Positions 18,227-27,800 of a stretch of DNA of 64,000 nt are shown here, piece after piece. The notes under the pieces are model-generated. The model did not search any database. It saw only the letters and a program-made list of their open reading frames with translations, and was not told the DNA's origin. The translations under genes and the position numbers were made by a program. Every line of letters begins with the position of its first letter. Within the stretch, counting starts at the first letter, position 1. This DNA comes from Campylobacterales bacterium (GTDB lineage Bacteria > Campylobacterota > Campylobacteria > Campylobacterales > Sulfurimonadaceae), in the NCBI GenBank assembly GCA_014859655.1, contig JACUTT010000002.1, positions 17,046 to 81,045 of the forward strand. The letters are read 5' to 3'.

Positions 18227-19041
18227 TCTCTGGCCATCGGATGATGCGCAAAGACGGTCTCTTTGAGATTGTGCTTTTGGATGTGGGTGTAGACCTGTGT
18301 CGTCAGCAGCGAAGCGTGGCCCAGGAGTTCCTGTACAACACGCAGATCGGCTCCGCCTACGATCAAGGCCGTCGCATAGGAGTGGCGAAGGACATGCGGA
18401 GAGACATTCAGATACTTTTGAGCGATCTTATACGCCGAAATCCGGCTCAGGCTTTTTCCTTTGTAGTTGAGCCATACCTTTGTTGATTCAAAAGGACATT
18501 CGCGTTCATAATGCTTCATCGCCCTGATCGCCTCCTTCGCGATGGGAACGATGCGCTCTTTGTCGCCTTTGCCATGGCGCACACGCAGCCACTGCTGTTC
18601 AAAATCAGTATGTTCAATGCTCAGGCACTCCGATATCCGAAGCCCCGTAGCGTAGAGAAAAAGAATAAGCGCATAGTCTCGCAAACCGATCCAGCTGCTC
18701 CTGTCTATCAGCGACAAAGCCTGCATAATCTGCTCAAAACTGAGGTATTTTGGAAGCGTCGAGGGAACCTTGGAAAACTTGAACTTTATCTGTTGGCTGT
18801 TGAACTCCTGAAAACAAAAATCAAAAAATGCGTTGGCGGAGGAGAGTTTTCGGTTAAGGGTGCGTTTGTTCTCGAACTGCGCAAGGTATTTGAGCAGTTT
18901 TACCTCGTCTATCTTGATAAGCGGGCTCTTATAAAAGGCTTCGATGTGACTCAGGTCGTTGGTATAGGCCTCGATACTTGCCCTGCTCAAGGCCTTTATG
19001 ATCGTAATATACTCGATAAAAGCTTCAAGCTGAGCAGACAT
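18223..19041 (-). CDS. Tyrosine recombinase, XerC/XerD family (short, 272 aa)
   Basis: N-terminal SAM-like core-binding domain. Catalytic signature present: GLRISE (Arg), HVLRHSYAT (His-x-x-Arg), LGHASLLTTQVYTHI (His/Tyr). Confidence 0.85.
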   Translation of the reverse strand: MSAQLEAFIEYITIIKALSRASIEAYTNDLSHIEAFYKSPLIKIDEVKLLKYLAQFENKRTLNRKLSSANAFFDFCFQEFNSQQIKFKFSKVPSTLPKYLSFEQIMQALSLIDRSSWIGLRDYALILFLYATGLRISECLSIEHTDFEQQWLRVRHGKGDKERIVPIAKEAIRAMKHYERECPFESTKVWLNYKGKSLSRISAYKIAQKYLNVSPHVLRHSYATALIVGGADLRVVQELLGHASLLTTQVYTHIQKHNLKETVFAHHPMARE

Positions 19042-19051
19042 AGGCAGAGGC

Positions 19052-20038
19052 TTATCTTACCTTCAGATAGACATTGTCAAAGTAAAAGCCCTCATCCGAG
19101 GTATAGAAGAAGCCCTCTTCCAAAGAGAAGTCATACACCTTGCTGGAGGAGAGGTCGTGAGGTGCTGTGATAATGTATCCGTTTTTTTCAGCGGCATAGA
19201 GCAGATCGTCCGTCACGATCAGGCCCAAAAAGTGTGCAAAAGGAAACTTTTGGCGGGCGACAATCTCCAAAGAGTGTGTCATCGCAATCAGTTCGCCCTG
19301 TTTTGTGGCAACCCACACCCCTTTTGTATCAACACGCACATTGCGCGCTTCTATCTCTATTCGCGACTCTTTTTCGCCCAAGGTATAGATCTTGTAAGGT
19401 GTCGCGGCATAAAGTGCATCATCGATCATGGCGAAATAGATGATGTTGTTAAAATACTGCTCTGAGCTTACGATGATGGTTCTCAGCAGTATCTTTGTCT
19501 GGGCATTGACGATGACAATCTTTCCGTCAAGAGTGGGAAAAAGAACAAGATCATTTAAGAAACGCGGGTTGGCAATACGCATATCCACCGCTGTCGATTC
19601 GCTTGCGGGTTCTTTAAAGATGAGCTCGGCGCTGCCGAAATCATACAGGGCAAGCTCATTGTCTGCAAATATGACCGCAAGAAGATCTCCTTTCAAAGAA
19701 GCCGCTGCTACTGTTTTAGGAAGGCGTAGTACCCTGCTTTCATTCTCATTTTTTACCGCAAAAATCTCGCCGCCCGTTTTGACGGCAAGGCTCCACTCCT
19801 CATTTTTAAAAACAAAGCGGTACCCTTTGGGAAAACGCGTCAGATCCAGACCTTCCTTCGTAATCACCCGGCCGTCTTCGAGCGTCGCAGTTTCGCCGCT
19901 GATCTCTGCGATAGAGCTCTCAAATCTCTGCGTCAAAGGCAGTGAACCCTCCGTATCCGAAGGCTTATAGCGCTCTTTGGAACTGCAGCCTAAAAAAAGC
20001 AGCGCGAAGGCCAGAAGAGAAAGAAAAGTCTTTAGCAT
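19052..20038 (-). CDS. Lipoprotein with repeated beta-strand (PQQ-like propeller) character, BamB-like
   Basis: Lipobox LFLGCSS and repetitive short beta-rich segments. Sits directly downstream of a YfgM-like gene, as bamB does in E. coli. The functional call is tentative. Confidence 0.5.
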   Translation of the reverse strand: MLKTFLSLLAFALLFLGCSSKERYKPSDTEGSLPLTQRFESSIAEISGETATLEDGRVITKEGLDLTRFPKGYRFVFKNEEWSLAVKTGGEIFAVKNENESRVLRLPKTVAAASLKGDLLAVIFADNELALYDFGSAELIFKEPASESTAVDMRIANPRFLNDLVLFPTLDGKIVIVNAQTKILLRTIIVSSEQYFNNIIYFAMIDDALYAATPYKIYTLGEKESRIEIEARNVRVDTKGVWVATKQGELIAMTHSLEIVARQKFPFAHFLGLIVTDDLLYAAEKNGYIITAPHDLSSSKVYDFSLEEGFFYTSDEGFYFDNVYLKVR

Positions 20039-20635
20039 CTATTTTACACCGTAATGCTGCAACAAAGTGGCTATTTTATTAAGCGATGATTTTTCATCTA
20101 TAAGCCTCAGGCGTGCCTTGGCCTCCTCTATTTTTTTCTCTTTCATCAGCAAAACAGCCTCGTTCAAAAGTGCAAGATCTTTCAAGATAGACGCTTGCTC
20201 AAGGGCATAGGCATTTAAAGCGCTCTTGTCTTTTTTAAGTGCGGCCAGTTCATAGCGCGATAGATCCGAAATCACATCAGATGAGGACGAGGTTAAGGTT
20301 TGAAGCAAGGCTTCATCTTGCTGATCCAGGGCACGTCTGAACTGCCAGGCGTCAAACAACGCCGCGTTGTTCTCTTTTAAAATCTCTTGCGCAGCCTTGT
20401 CTTGCGGATCATTCAAAAGCACGATATAGGCTTCGTTTGAACTTGCAACAGCCTTGGCGACGTTCACCTGATACAGACTGTAAGCGATGACCACAATAAC
20501 GATCGTCGTCAATGCACTGATGATAGGCATCTTGTATTTTTTCACAAAACGTTCTGTTCTGACGGCACCGGCGAAGAGTTTTTCCTCTTGGTTCAACTCT
20601 TCTCTGACCATATTAATATTTTCTTTTAGACTCAA
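20039..20635 (-). CDS. Membrane-anchored helical protein, YfgM-like
   Basis: 198 aa with a single TM after about 35 residues, then a helical TPR-like domain. TTG start at 20635 preceded by a strong AAGAGGAG RBS. Confidence 0.45.
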   Translation of the reverse strand: MSLKENINMVREELNQEEKLFAGAVRTERFVKKYKMPIISALTTIVIVVIAYSLYQVNVAKAVASSNEAYIVLLNDPQDKAAQEILKENNAALFDAWQFRRALDQQDEALLQTLTSSSSDVISDLSRYELAALKKDKSALNAYALEQASILKDLALLNEAVLLMKEKKIEEAKARLRLIDEKSSLNKIATLLQHYGVK

Positions 20636-20771
20636 AAGTGCTCCTCTTTGCGTTAATAATTGATATATTATCTTATTAAAGTTAAAAGAGTCCAGAACTG
20701 CTTTTAAAATTAAGATTAATCAGTAATATTTTGTTACAATCTTTTCTATACTTACAGATCAAGGAAAAAAC

Positions 20772-21062
20772 GTGCAGATTGACGATACTCTTTTAACAAA
20801 ACTGGAGAAACTCTCTTACCTTAAGATAGCGGACGAGAAACGTCAAGAGGTGATTTCGCAGCTTAGCGAGATCGTCTCCTTTGTTGACAATCTTAGCGAA
20901 CTCGACACCAGTGCGCTTGACGTGACCTTTAACATGACCGGCAAGGGAACACGCCTGCGCGAGGACGAGATACACACTTCAAGCGAGATCTCTGCTTCGA
21001 TCTTGAGCCATGCGCCTCAAAGCCAGGACAACTTCTTTATTGTCCCCAAGATCATCGAGTAG
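20772..21062 (+). CDS. gatC: Glu/Asp-tRNA amidotransferase subunit C
   Basis: 96 aa, MQIDDTLLTKLEKLSYLKI..., a typical GatC. GTG start with an AAGGA RBS. Confidence 0.9.
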   Translation: MQIDDTLLTKLEKLSYLKIADEKRQEVISQLSEIVSFVDNLSELDTSALDVTFNMTGKGTRLREDEIHTSSEISASILSHAPQSQDNFFIVPKIIE

Positions 21063-21066
21063 CCTC

Positions 21067-21411
21067 GTGATCAGAGTCTACGGCATAAAAAACTGCGACA
21101 GTGTAAAAAAAGCCCTCAAATTTTTAGATAAAAACAATCTTCCTTATGAGTTTCATGACTTTAAAAAAGAGCCTGTGCCCTGCTCTTTGGTGCAAAAATG
21201 GGCACAAAGTGTCGAAATGAAACAGCTTTTCAACACCCGCGGAACCACCTACCGCACACTCAAACTCAAAGAATTGAACCTCGACGATGCACAAAAGCTT
21301 GCATGGCTGTGCAAAGAAAATATGTTAATTAAACGACCTGTGATAGAATATGCCGCAAACAAGCTCCTCGTCGCTTATGACGAGGATCAATACGCCCAGG
21401 AGTTATTATGA
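21067..21411 (+). CDS. ArsC/Spx-family (YffB-like) thioredoxin-fold protein
   Basis: VIRVYGIKNCDSVKKALKFLDKNNLPYEFHDF... is a typical ArsC-family N-terminus. GTG at 21067, 4 nt after the gatC stop. The track ORF start at 21010 overlaps gatC and is unlikely. Confidence 0.8.
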   Translation: MIRVYGIKNCDSVKKALKFLDKNNLPYEFHDFKKEPVPCSLVQKWAQSVEMKQLFNTRGTTYRTLKLKELNLDDAQKLAWLCKENMLIKRPVIEYAANKLLVAYDEDQYAQELL

Positions 21412-22472
21412 GTTTGGATATACGTAAGCTTTTAAAGTCTGTTGTCGCCTACAAGTCTTCTGACTTGCACCTTGTCGCACGTTCTGAGCCTCAGATCCGC
21501 ATTGACGGAAAACTGGTTGCGCTGAACCTTCCCAAACTAGACGGGAAGATGATCGAGGAGATGGCCTACTCCCTGCTGACTGAGAAACAGAAAAAAGAGT
21601 TTGAAGAGGAGCTTGAGCTTGACTTTGCCATCGTCTTGCCCGATATCGGACGCTTTCGTGCCAATTACTACCGCGTAATGGGCGATATCGCCTGTGCCTT
21701 TCGTATTATTCCTATCGACATTCCTTCGCTCGACCAGCTTAATGCAAAAAAGATCTTCAAAGAGCTGATCAAACGCGAAAAAGGGCTTATTCTCGTTACA
21801 GGTCCTACCGGTTCGGGCAAGTCTACGACGCTTGCCGCCATGCTCAACGAGATCAACGAAACCGAGAGCAAACATATCATCACGGTTGAAGATCCGGTGG
21901 AGTTTATGCATGACAACAAAAAGTGCCTCTTCTCGCACCGCAATGTCGGAACAGACACCCGTTCATTCGGACGCGCGCTTAAATTTGCGATGCGCGAGGA
22001 TCCCGACATCATCCTGATCGGGGAGATGCGTGACCAGGAAACTGTCGGCGCTGCACTAACTGCGGCCGAAACCGGCCACCTGGTCTTTGGAACCCTGCAC
22101 ACCAACTCCGCACCGGAGACGATAAACCGTATCATCGACGTCTTTAGCGGCGAAGAGCAGCCTCAGGTGCGCGCCCAGCTTTCCACTTCGCTTGTTGCCG
22201 TTATCTCTCAGGCGCTTATTCCGCGCATCGGCGGCGGACGTATCGCTGCGCAAGAGATCATGATCACTAATCCCGCGATCAAAAACCTTATCCGTGAGGA
22301 CAAGGTGCACCAGCTCTACTCCCAAATGCAGTTAAACCAGCAGCAGACGGGAATGTGCACCCAGACACAGGAGATCGTTGAGTACCTGAAACAAAGAGTG
22401 ATCTCCAAAGAGAATGCGATTCAGTACTGTAACCGTCCCGAAGAGCTGCTCAACATCATCAAAAACCTCTAA
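21408..22472 (+). CDS. pilT: PilT-family type IV pilus retraction ATPase
   Basis: 354 aa with Walker A GPTGSGKST, Asp box, Walker B and His box (GHLVFGTLHT). Start overlaps the upstream stop (ATGA). Confidence 0.85.
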   Translation: MSLDIRKLLKSVVAYKSSDLHLVARSEPQIRIDGKLVALNLPKLDGKMIEEMAYSLLTEKQKKEFEEELELDFAIVLPDIGRFRANYYRVMGDIACAFRIIPIDIPSLDQLNAKKIFKELIKREKGLILVTGPTGSGKSTTLAAMLNEINETESKHIITVEDPVEFMHDNKKCLFSHRNVGTDTRSFGRALKFAMREDPDIILIGEMRDQETVGAALTAAETGHLVFGTLHTNSAPETINRIIDVFSGEEQPQVRAQLSTSLVAVISQALIPRIGGGRIAAQEIMITNPAIKNLIREDKVHQLYSQMQLNQQQTGMCTQTQEIVEYLKQRVISKENAIQYCNRPEELLNIIKNL

Positions 22473-22479
22473 ACCTCTG

Positions 22480-22520
22480 CCAGACCGTGCTATAGCAGCT
22501 TTTGCTATAGCACGGTCTGG
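22480..22520. terminator. Perfect 18 bp stem / 5 nt loop hairpin between convergent pilT and the DAHP synthase gene
   Basis: CCAGACCGTGCTATAGCA gcttt TGCTATAGCACGGTCTGG begins 8 nt after the pilT stop. There is no clear U-tract, so terminator function is inferred. Confidence 0.4.
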
Positions 22521-22560
22521 ATCAAAACAATTGTAAAGATTCACTCTGAAATATTTTTAT

Positions 22561-22598
22561 GTAAAAGAAGTCTTATCCAGAAAGTTTCTGGATAAGAC
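22561..22598 (-). terminator. Intrinsic terminator of the DAHP synthase gene
   Basis: Hairpin GTCTTATCCAGAAA/TTTCTGGATAAGAC (22570-22598), followed on the minus strand by TTCTTTTAC. Lies 9 nt past the stop codon. Confidence 0.55.
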
Positions 22599-22606
22599 AA
22601 GAAGGT

Positions 22607-23959
22607 TTAGTGTCTTTTTGCCGCTTTTAATGAGTCTGCAATCAAGAAGGCAAGCTCAAGCGCCTGGTCGGCATTCAAACGAGGGTCACAATGGGTGTGA
22701 TAACGGCTTTTAAGATCCTCATCACTGATATTGAAGGCACCACCGGTACACTCGGTGACATTTTTGCCAGTCATCTCCAGGTGGACACCGCCGCCATAGG
22801 TTCCCTCTGAGTTGTGCACCTCAAAGAAGTTTTTCATCTCCGCCAAAACAGCATGTACCGGACGTGTCTTGAATCCGCTGCTTGATTTGATCGTGTTGCC
22901 GTGCATCGGATCACACGACCATAAGATATCTCTTCCCTCGCGCTCGACCGCACGAATGAGATCAGGAAGATGCTCGCCTACCTTGTCTGCACCCATACGC
23001 ACGATAACATTCAAACGGCCCGACTCGTTTTCAGGATTGACCGCGTCGATAAGACGGATCAGCTCATCTGGATCCATTGAGGGACCGGCTTTGACGCCGA
23101 TAGGATTTTTTATGCCGCGCATAAATTCTATGTGTGCGCCGTCAAGCTGGCGGGTACGGTCGCCTATCCAGAGCATATGCGCCGAGGTATCGTACCAGTC
23201 CCCTGTCAAAGAGTCTTGACGGGTAAAGGCCTCTTCATACTCCAGAAGAAGGGCTTCGTGCGAGGTATAGAAGTCTGTCTCTCGGAGGGTACGGTGAGTC
23301 CTGGAACTGACACCGCAGGCGGCCATAAAGGCCAGTGACTCCTGGATACGGCCGGCAAGCTCCTCATACTTCTCTTCAAGCGGCGAGTCTTGGACAAAGT
23401 CAAGATTCCATTGGTGCACCTGGTTCAGATCTGCCATGCCGCCGGTTGCAAAAGCACGCAGAAGATTAAGCGTTGATGCCGACTGGTTATAGGCCTGGAT
23501 CATGCGGTCAGGATCAGGCATACGCGCCTCGGCAGTAAACTCCACACCATTGATGATATCACCGCGGTAGCTTGGCAGGGTCACGCCGCCAATCGTCTCG
23601 TCATCGGATGAGCGCGGTTTGGCGAACTGCCCGCCCATGCGTCCAACTTTGACTACGGGTGACGAACCGGCAAAGGTCATCACGATCGCCATCTGCATGA
23701 TCGCTTTAAAACTGTCACGAATATTATCTGCGCGAAATTCACTAAAACTTTCGGCACAGTCCCCGCCTTGGAGCAAGAAGGCTTCACCCGCAACAACATC
23801 GGCAAACTGCTTTTTCAGCAGACGCACTTCGCCTGCAAATATCAATGGCGGAAGTTCGTTTAGTTTTTGCGTTACGCGCCTAAGATGATCGGCATCAGCA
23901 TACTCAGGCTGTTGTTTGATCGGTTTGTCTCTCCAACTTGCTCGGTTCCAGGTACTCAT
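22607..23959 (-). CDS. 3-deoxy-7-phosphoheptulonate (DAHP) synthase, class II
   Basis: 450 aa. [12 protein letters not shown]...[11 protein letters not shown] is a hallmark of class II DAHPS, and the length fits. Confidence 0.9.
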   Translation of the reverse strand: MSTWNRASWRDKPIKQQPEYADADHLRRVTQKLNELPPLIFAGEVRLLKKQFADVVAGEAFLLQGGDCAESFSEFRADNIRDSFKAIMQMAIVMTFAGSSPVVKVGRMGGQFAKPRSSDDETIGGVTLPSYRGDIINGVEFTAEARMPDPDRMIQAYNQSASTLNLLRAFATGGMADLNQVHQWNLDFVQDSPLEEKYEELAGRIQESLAFMAACGVSSRTHRTLRETDFYTSHEALLLEYEEAFTRQDSLTGDWYDTSAHMLWIGDRTRQLDGAHIEFMRGIKNPIGVKAGPSMDPDELIRLIDAVNPENESGRLNVIVRMGADKVGEHLPDLIRAVEREGRDILWSCDPMHGNTIKSSSGFKTRPVHAVLAEMKNFFEVHNSEGTYGGGVHLEMTGKNVTECTGGAFNISDEDLKSRYHTHCDPRLNADQALELAFLIADSLKAAKRH

Positions 23960-24209
23960 CTTTTCCTCGTATCAGCACAGACTCCGGGCCTGTGCATTAA
24001 AATTGTATAAATAATGGCGCACATATTATCCAATGCTTTCTAAAATACTGATAAACATCAGGCTGTTTTGGCTTTTGTCCGCATTTCAAAGAGAGAAGAC
24101 AGCCTTGAACCGATCCGCGCCGTAAGCGATTTTAAACACAACTCTCAAAAAATGAAAGCTTAGTTTATGCTAAAAGAAGTATAATTCTACAAAAATTTAG
24201 GAGCTTTTC

Positions 24210-25118
24210 TTGGACAAAATCAAAGCCGAAAAAGTCATTATCTCTGCTTTCAACTCCTTGATCGGCAAGCTCCATGCCCAAGAAAAGTATGATCCCAAAA
24301 CACTTATAGATGATATGTATCGGCTTGCAAAGACTTTAAACTCAGACACTTCGCTCACCTTGAGTCTGCAGATGAAAGAGGAGAGTTACGAGCTTGAGTA
24401 CAAGGCCTTGGCTGAAGAGAGTCTCAACTCCTACACCCAGACAAAAGAGTCGGTTGAGCGCATTACGAAAGAGCAGTGCAAGCTTATTGATGACTCCAAG
24501 AAAAAAAACATGCTTCCGGTAGATCGCATCATGAACAGTTTCAGCACTATTCACGCCCAACTTGAATCACAGATGCAAAATGCCAATGAGACGATCAAGG
24601 CCTTGCATCAGCAGGTCTCAATCCTGGAGAAGACCTCCCACCTCGATCCGCTGACACACGCCTTGAACCGTCGTGCCCTGGACTCTTATCTGGGCAAGGT
24701 CTGCAGTGCACCCAATAAAAGCATCGATACACATATCATGCTCATCGATATAGACAATTTCAAGCTGGTCAATGACAACTACGGGCACCTTGCAGGAGAC
24801 CGTGTCCTTGTCTTTTTGGCAAAACTCATCTCAAATTCACTGCGCGAGGGTGACAAACTCTTTCGCTATGGCGGAGAAGAGTTTCTTATCATACTCAGCC
24901 GTTCAAATACGATAGCCTGCACAAAAGTCGCTGAGCGGATACTTCAAGGTGTGCGTTCAAACACGCTCTTTTACAAAGAACATGAAATAAAGATCACGCT
25001 TAGTATAGGCACGGCCTCGCTCGAAGAGACAGATACATTTGACTCTTTTATTGACCGTGCGGACAAGGCCCTCTACAAGGCCAAGGCGAATGGCAAAGAT
25101 CAACTGGTGGTAGCTTAA
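24210..25118 (+). CDS. Diguanylate cyclase (GGDEF domain, GGEEF active site, RxxD I-site)
   Basis: LIDIDNFKLVNDNYGHLAGD...REGDKLFRYGGEEFLIIL. The N-terminal roughly 130 aa look coiled-coil. TTG start with an AGGAG RBS. Confidence 0.85.
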   Translation: MDKIKAEKVIISAFNSLIGKLHAQEKYDPKTLIDDMYRLAKTLNSDTSLTLSLQMKEESYELEYKALAEESLNSYTQTKESVERITKEQCKLIDDSKKKNMLPVDRIMNSFSTIHAQLESQMQNANETIKALHQQVSILEKTSHLDPLTHALNRRALDSYLGKVCSAPNKSIDTHIMLIDIDNFKLVNDNYGHLAGDRVLVFLAKLISNSLREGDKLFRYGGEEFLIILSRSNTIACTKVAERILQGVRSNTLFYKEHEIKITLSIGTASLEETDTFDSFIDRADKALYKAKANGKDQLVVA

Positions 25119-25780
25119 TGGAATTTAGTATGTTTGATTTAATCGTAGGCAGTATCATTCTTCTGCTTGGCCTCAAGGGCATTTTAAACGGCTTTTTTAA
25201 AGAGCTTTTCGGGCTGATCGGCATTGTCGGCGGTATTTTTATCGGTTCGCGCCTGGCCTCGGATGTCGGCGCTTTTCTCAACGATGCGCTTTTCAAATTT
25301 GAAAGTCCTGCCGCCATCAGTTTTCTGGGTTTTTTGGTCACACTGGCACTCTTTTGGGGCAGCATGATCATGGTAGGCATAATGTTTCAAAAGTTCTCAA
25401 AAATAAGCGGCTTGGGCTTTATGGACAAGGTTTTGGGCTTTGTTTTTGGAAGCGGAAAATTCTTTTTTATCGCCTCTGTGATCGTTTATGCAGTCTATAA
25501 CTTTAAAGCTGTCAGAGAAAACGTTGATTTCGAAGGAAGCCTTATGTTTCCTGCTCTGGTTGAGACCGGCCGCGTGATCATGCATATTGACGGCGAAAAA
25601 ATCGCAGATGATATCAATAAGAGCATCGACAAAGGCCTCGAGGGGACCAAAGAGATTATGAACGATGAAGTGACCCAAGAGCTCTTGGATGCCGCCACTA
25701 AAGAAAAAGATGCGCTGATAGAGACGGTGAACAAAAAATTCAAAGAAAGCAATCTATCCCTACCGACGGAGGCAAAATGA
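25118..25780 (+). CDS. cvpA: CvpA-family membrane protein
   Basis: 220 aa. The N-terminal TM helices are a typical CvpA start, and its position upstream of fur matches C. jejuni as recalled. Confidence 0.8.
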   Translation: MEFSMFDLIVGSIILLLGLKGILNGFFKELFGLIGIVGGIFIGSRLASDVGAFLNDALFKFESPAAISFLGFLVTLALFWGSMIMVGIMFQKFSKISGLGFMDKVLGFVFGSGKFFFIASVIVYAVYNFKAVRENVDFEGSLMFPALVETGRVIMHIDGEKIADDINKSIDKGLEGTKEIMNDEVTQELLDAATKEKDALIETVNKKFKESNLSLPTEAK

Positions 25781-26256
25781 GTCAAGATTCATTTACATCA
25801 CGTACCATAGGATATGAGGAGCTGCTCGAAAAATTCAAAGCCCTTCTTAAAAAAAACGGGGAAAAGTTTACCATACAGCGCGAAGTCATCCTGGAGAGCC
25901 TCTATAACAGCAACGAGCATCTCACTCCCGAAGCCCTTCATCAGCTCATACAAAAAGAGCGCCCCGAACTCAAAACGGGCATCGCGACGATCTACCGAAC
26001 GCTTTCGCGTCTTGAAGAGTCCGACATGGTCACCTCACTCTCTTTTGGCGCTCAGGGCAAAAAGTATGAACTCGGAGCAAAAGATCACCATGACCACATG
26101 ATCTGCACCGAATGCGGGAAGATCACCGAATTTGTAGACGACGAGATCGAAAAGCGCCAGCACAAGATCGCTGAGAGTTTCGAGTTTGAGATGCTGGACC
26201 ACTCCATGCAGATCTACGGCATCTGCAAAGACTGCAAAAACAAATCAACCCATTAA
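25777..26256 (+). CDS. fur: Ferric uptake regulator family protein
   Basis: 159 aa with a winged-helix N-terminus, then [16 protein letters not shown]...CKDC metal sites. Confidence 0.85.
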   Translation: MSQDSFTSRTIGYEELLEKFKALLKKNGEKFTIQREVILESLYNSNEHLTPEALHQLIQKERPELKTGIATIYRTLSRLEESDMVTSLSFGAQGKKYELGAKDHHDHMICTECGKITEFVDDEIEKRQHKIAESFEFEMLDHSMQIYGICKDCKNKSTH

Positions 26257-26273
26257 GAAAAAAGGACTCTATA

Positions 26274-27800
26274 GTGCCATTTCAAAACCTGTACGTTCAG
26301 CAACGTATCGAAAAAGCCGCCAAACTTAAAGAGTTGGGATTCAATCCCTACAGAAACGACTCTTCTCGCAATACAAGTATTTCAAAGTTTATCAATGTCA
26401 ACTCTGACGTTGAACAGATGGAAAACAAGCGTGCCGAGTCACGCAGCTATACCGTTGCGGGCCGCATCAAACTCTATCGTCTTATGGGAAAGGCAAGCTT
26501 TTTAAAGATCGAAGATGAGAGCGGTATGTTGCAGGTCTATGTGGCCAGAGACAACCTTCCTGAGGGCTTCTATAACGAGATAAAAAAACTGATGGAAGTG
26601 GGCGATATCATCGAAGTCGAAGGTTATCCCTTTGTCACCCAGCAGGGCGAACTCTCTTTGCATGTCAATGAGTTGAAGGTCCTGACCAAGGCGATCTCGC
26701 CCCTGCCTGAAAAGTATCACGGCATCACCGACAAGGAAGCGCGCTACCGTCAGCGCTACCTGGATCTTATCATGAACTCTGAGGTCAAAAAAACCTTTAT
26801 CGTGCGCTCCAAAGTGATCTCTCTGATTCGCCGATTTTTTGAAGAGAAGGGCTTTTTGGAAGTCGAAACGCCGATGATGCACCCCATCGCCGGCGGTGCG
26901 AACGCCAAACCCTTTGTCACCCACCATAACGCCCTAGGCATTGACAGATACCTGCGTATAGCGCCGGAGCTTTATCTGAAACGTCTGATCGTCGGCGGCT
27001 TTGAAGCAGTCTTTGAGATCAACAGAAACTTCAGAAACGAGGGGATGGACGCGACGCACAACCCTGAGTTCACCTCCATCGAGTTTTACTGGGCCTACAA
27101 GACCTATCGGGATCTTATCGAGATCACGAAAGAGCTTTTTGAGTATCTTTTTGAGCATCTTGACCGCCCCAAAAAACTTCCTTACGGCGAGCTTGAGATC
27201 GATTTTGACAAGTTTACCGAGATCGGTCTTGTCGATTCGCTCTCCGCTATAGGCGGTGTTCCCGCAGCAATCGTCAACGACAAAGCCAAAATCATCGCCT
27301 ACTTGAAAGAGAGAAACTTTAGCGTTAACGAAAAGATGAACCTCGGCCAGCTTCAAGCGGAGCTTTTTGATGAGTTCGTCGAAGCAAAGCTGATCAACCC
27401 GACCTTTATCACCGACTATCCTGTCGAGATCTCGCCTCTCGCACGCCGCTCAGACGCGAACCCTGAAGTGACAGAGCGTTTTGAGCTCTTTATAGCCGGC
27501 AAAGAGATTGCCAATGCCTTTTCGGAGCTTAACGATCCCGTCGACCAGTATGAGCGTTTCAAGTCTCAGATCGATGCCAAAGAGTGCGGAGACGATGAGG
27601 CCCACGCCATGGACGAAGACTATGTAACCGCTCTCTCTTACGGGATGGCACCGACGGCAGGAGAGGGTATCGGCATCGACAGACTGGTCATGATGCTCAC
27701 CAATCAGCACTCGATCCGCGATGTTCTTCTGTTCCCGGCCATGAAACCCCTGCCGAGTACAGATCAATCTGAAAATAAAATTCAAGAAGAGGATAAATAG
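26274..27800 (+). CDS. lysS: Lysine--tRNA ligase (class II)
   Basis: 508 aa with an OB-fold N-terminus and class II motifs (FRNEG..., GIGIDRLVM). Confidence 0.95.
   Translation: MPFQNLYVQQRIEKAAKLKELGFNPYRNDSSRNTSISKFINVNSDVEQMENKRAESRSYTVAGRIKLYRLMGKASFLKIEDESGMLQVYVARDNLPEGFYNEIKKLMEVGDIIEVEGYPFVTQQGELSLHVNELKVLTKAISPLPEKYHGITDKEARYRQRYLDLIMNSEVKKTFIVRSKVISLIRRFFEEKGFLEVETPMMHPIAGGANAKPFVTHHNALGIDRYLRIAPELYLKRLIVGGFEAVFEINRNFRNEGMDATHNPEFTSIEFYWAYKTYRDLIEITKELFEYLFEHLDRPKKLPYGELEIDFDKFTEIGLVDSLSAIGGVPAAIVNDKAKIIAYLKERNFSVNEKMNLGQLQAELFDEFVEAKLINPTFITDYPVEISPLARRSDANPEVTERFELFIAGKEIANAFSELNDPVDQYERFKSQIDAKECGDDEAHAMDEDYVTALSYGMAPTAGEGIGIDRLVMMLTNQHSIRDVLLFPAMKPLPSTDQSENKIQEEDK

Noticed and set aside
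18223-19041. Tyrosine recombinase as the marker of an integrated mobile element or prophage
   Set aside because: It is flanked on both sides by overlapping housekeeping genes on the same strand. No phage, transposase or att-like repeats are visible.
18511-19170. 219 aa plus-strand ORF
   Set aside because: It is antisense to the tyrosine recombinase gene and crosses into the neighbouring gene. No motifs are visible.
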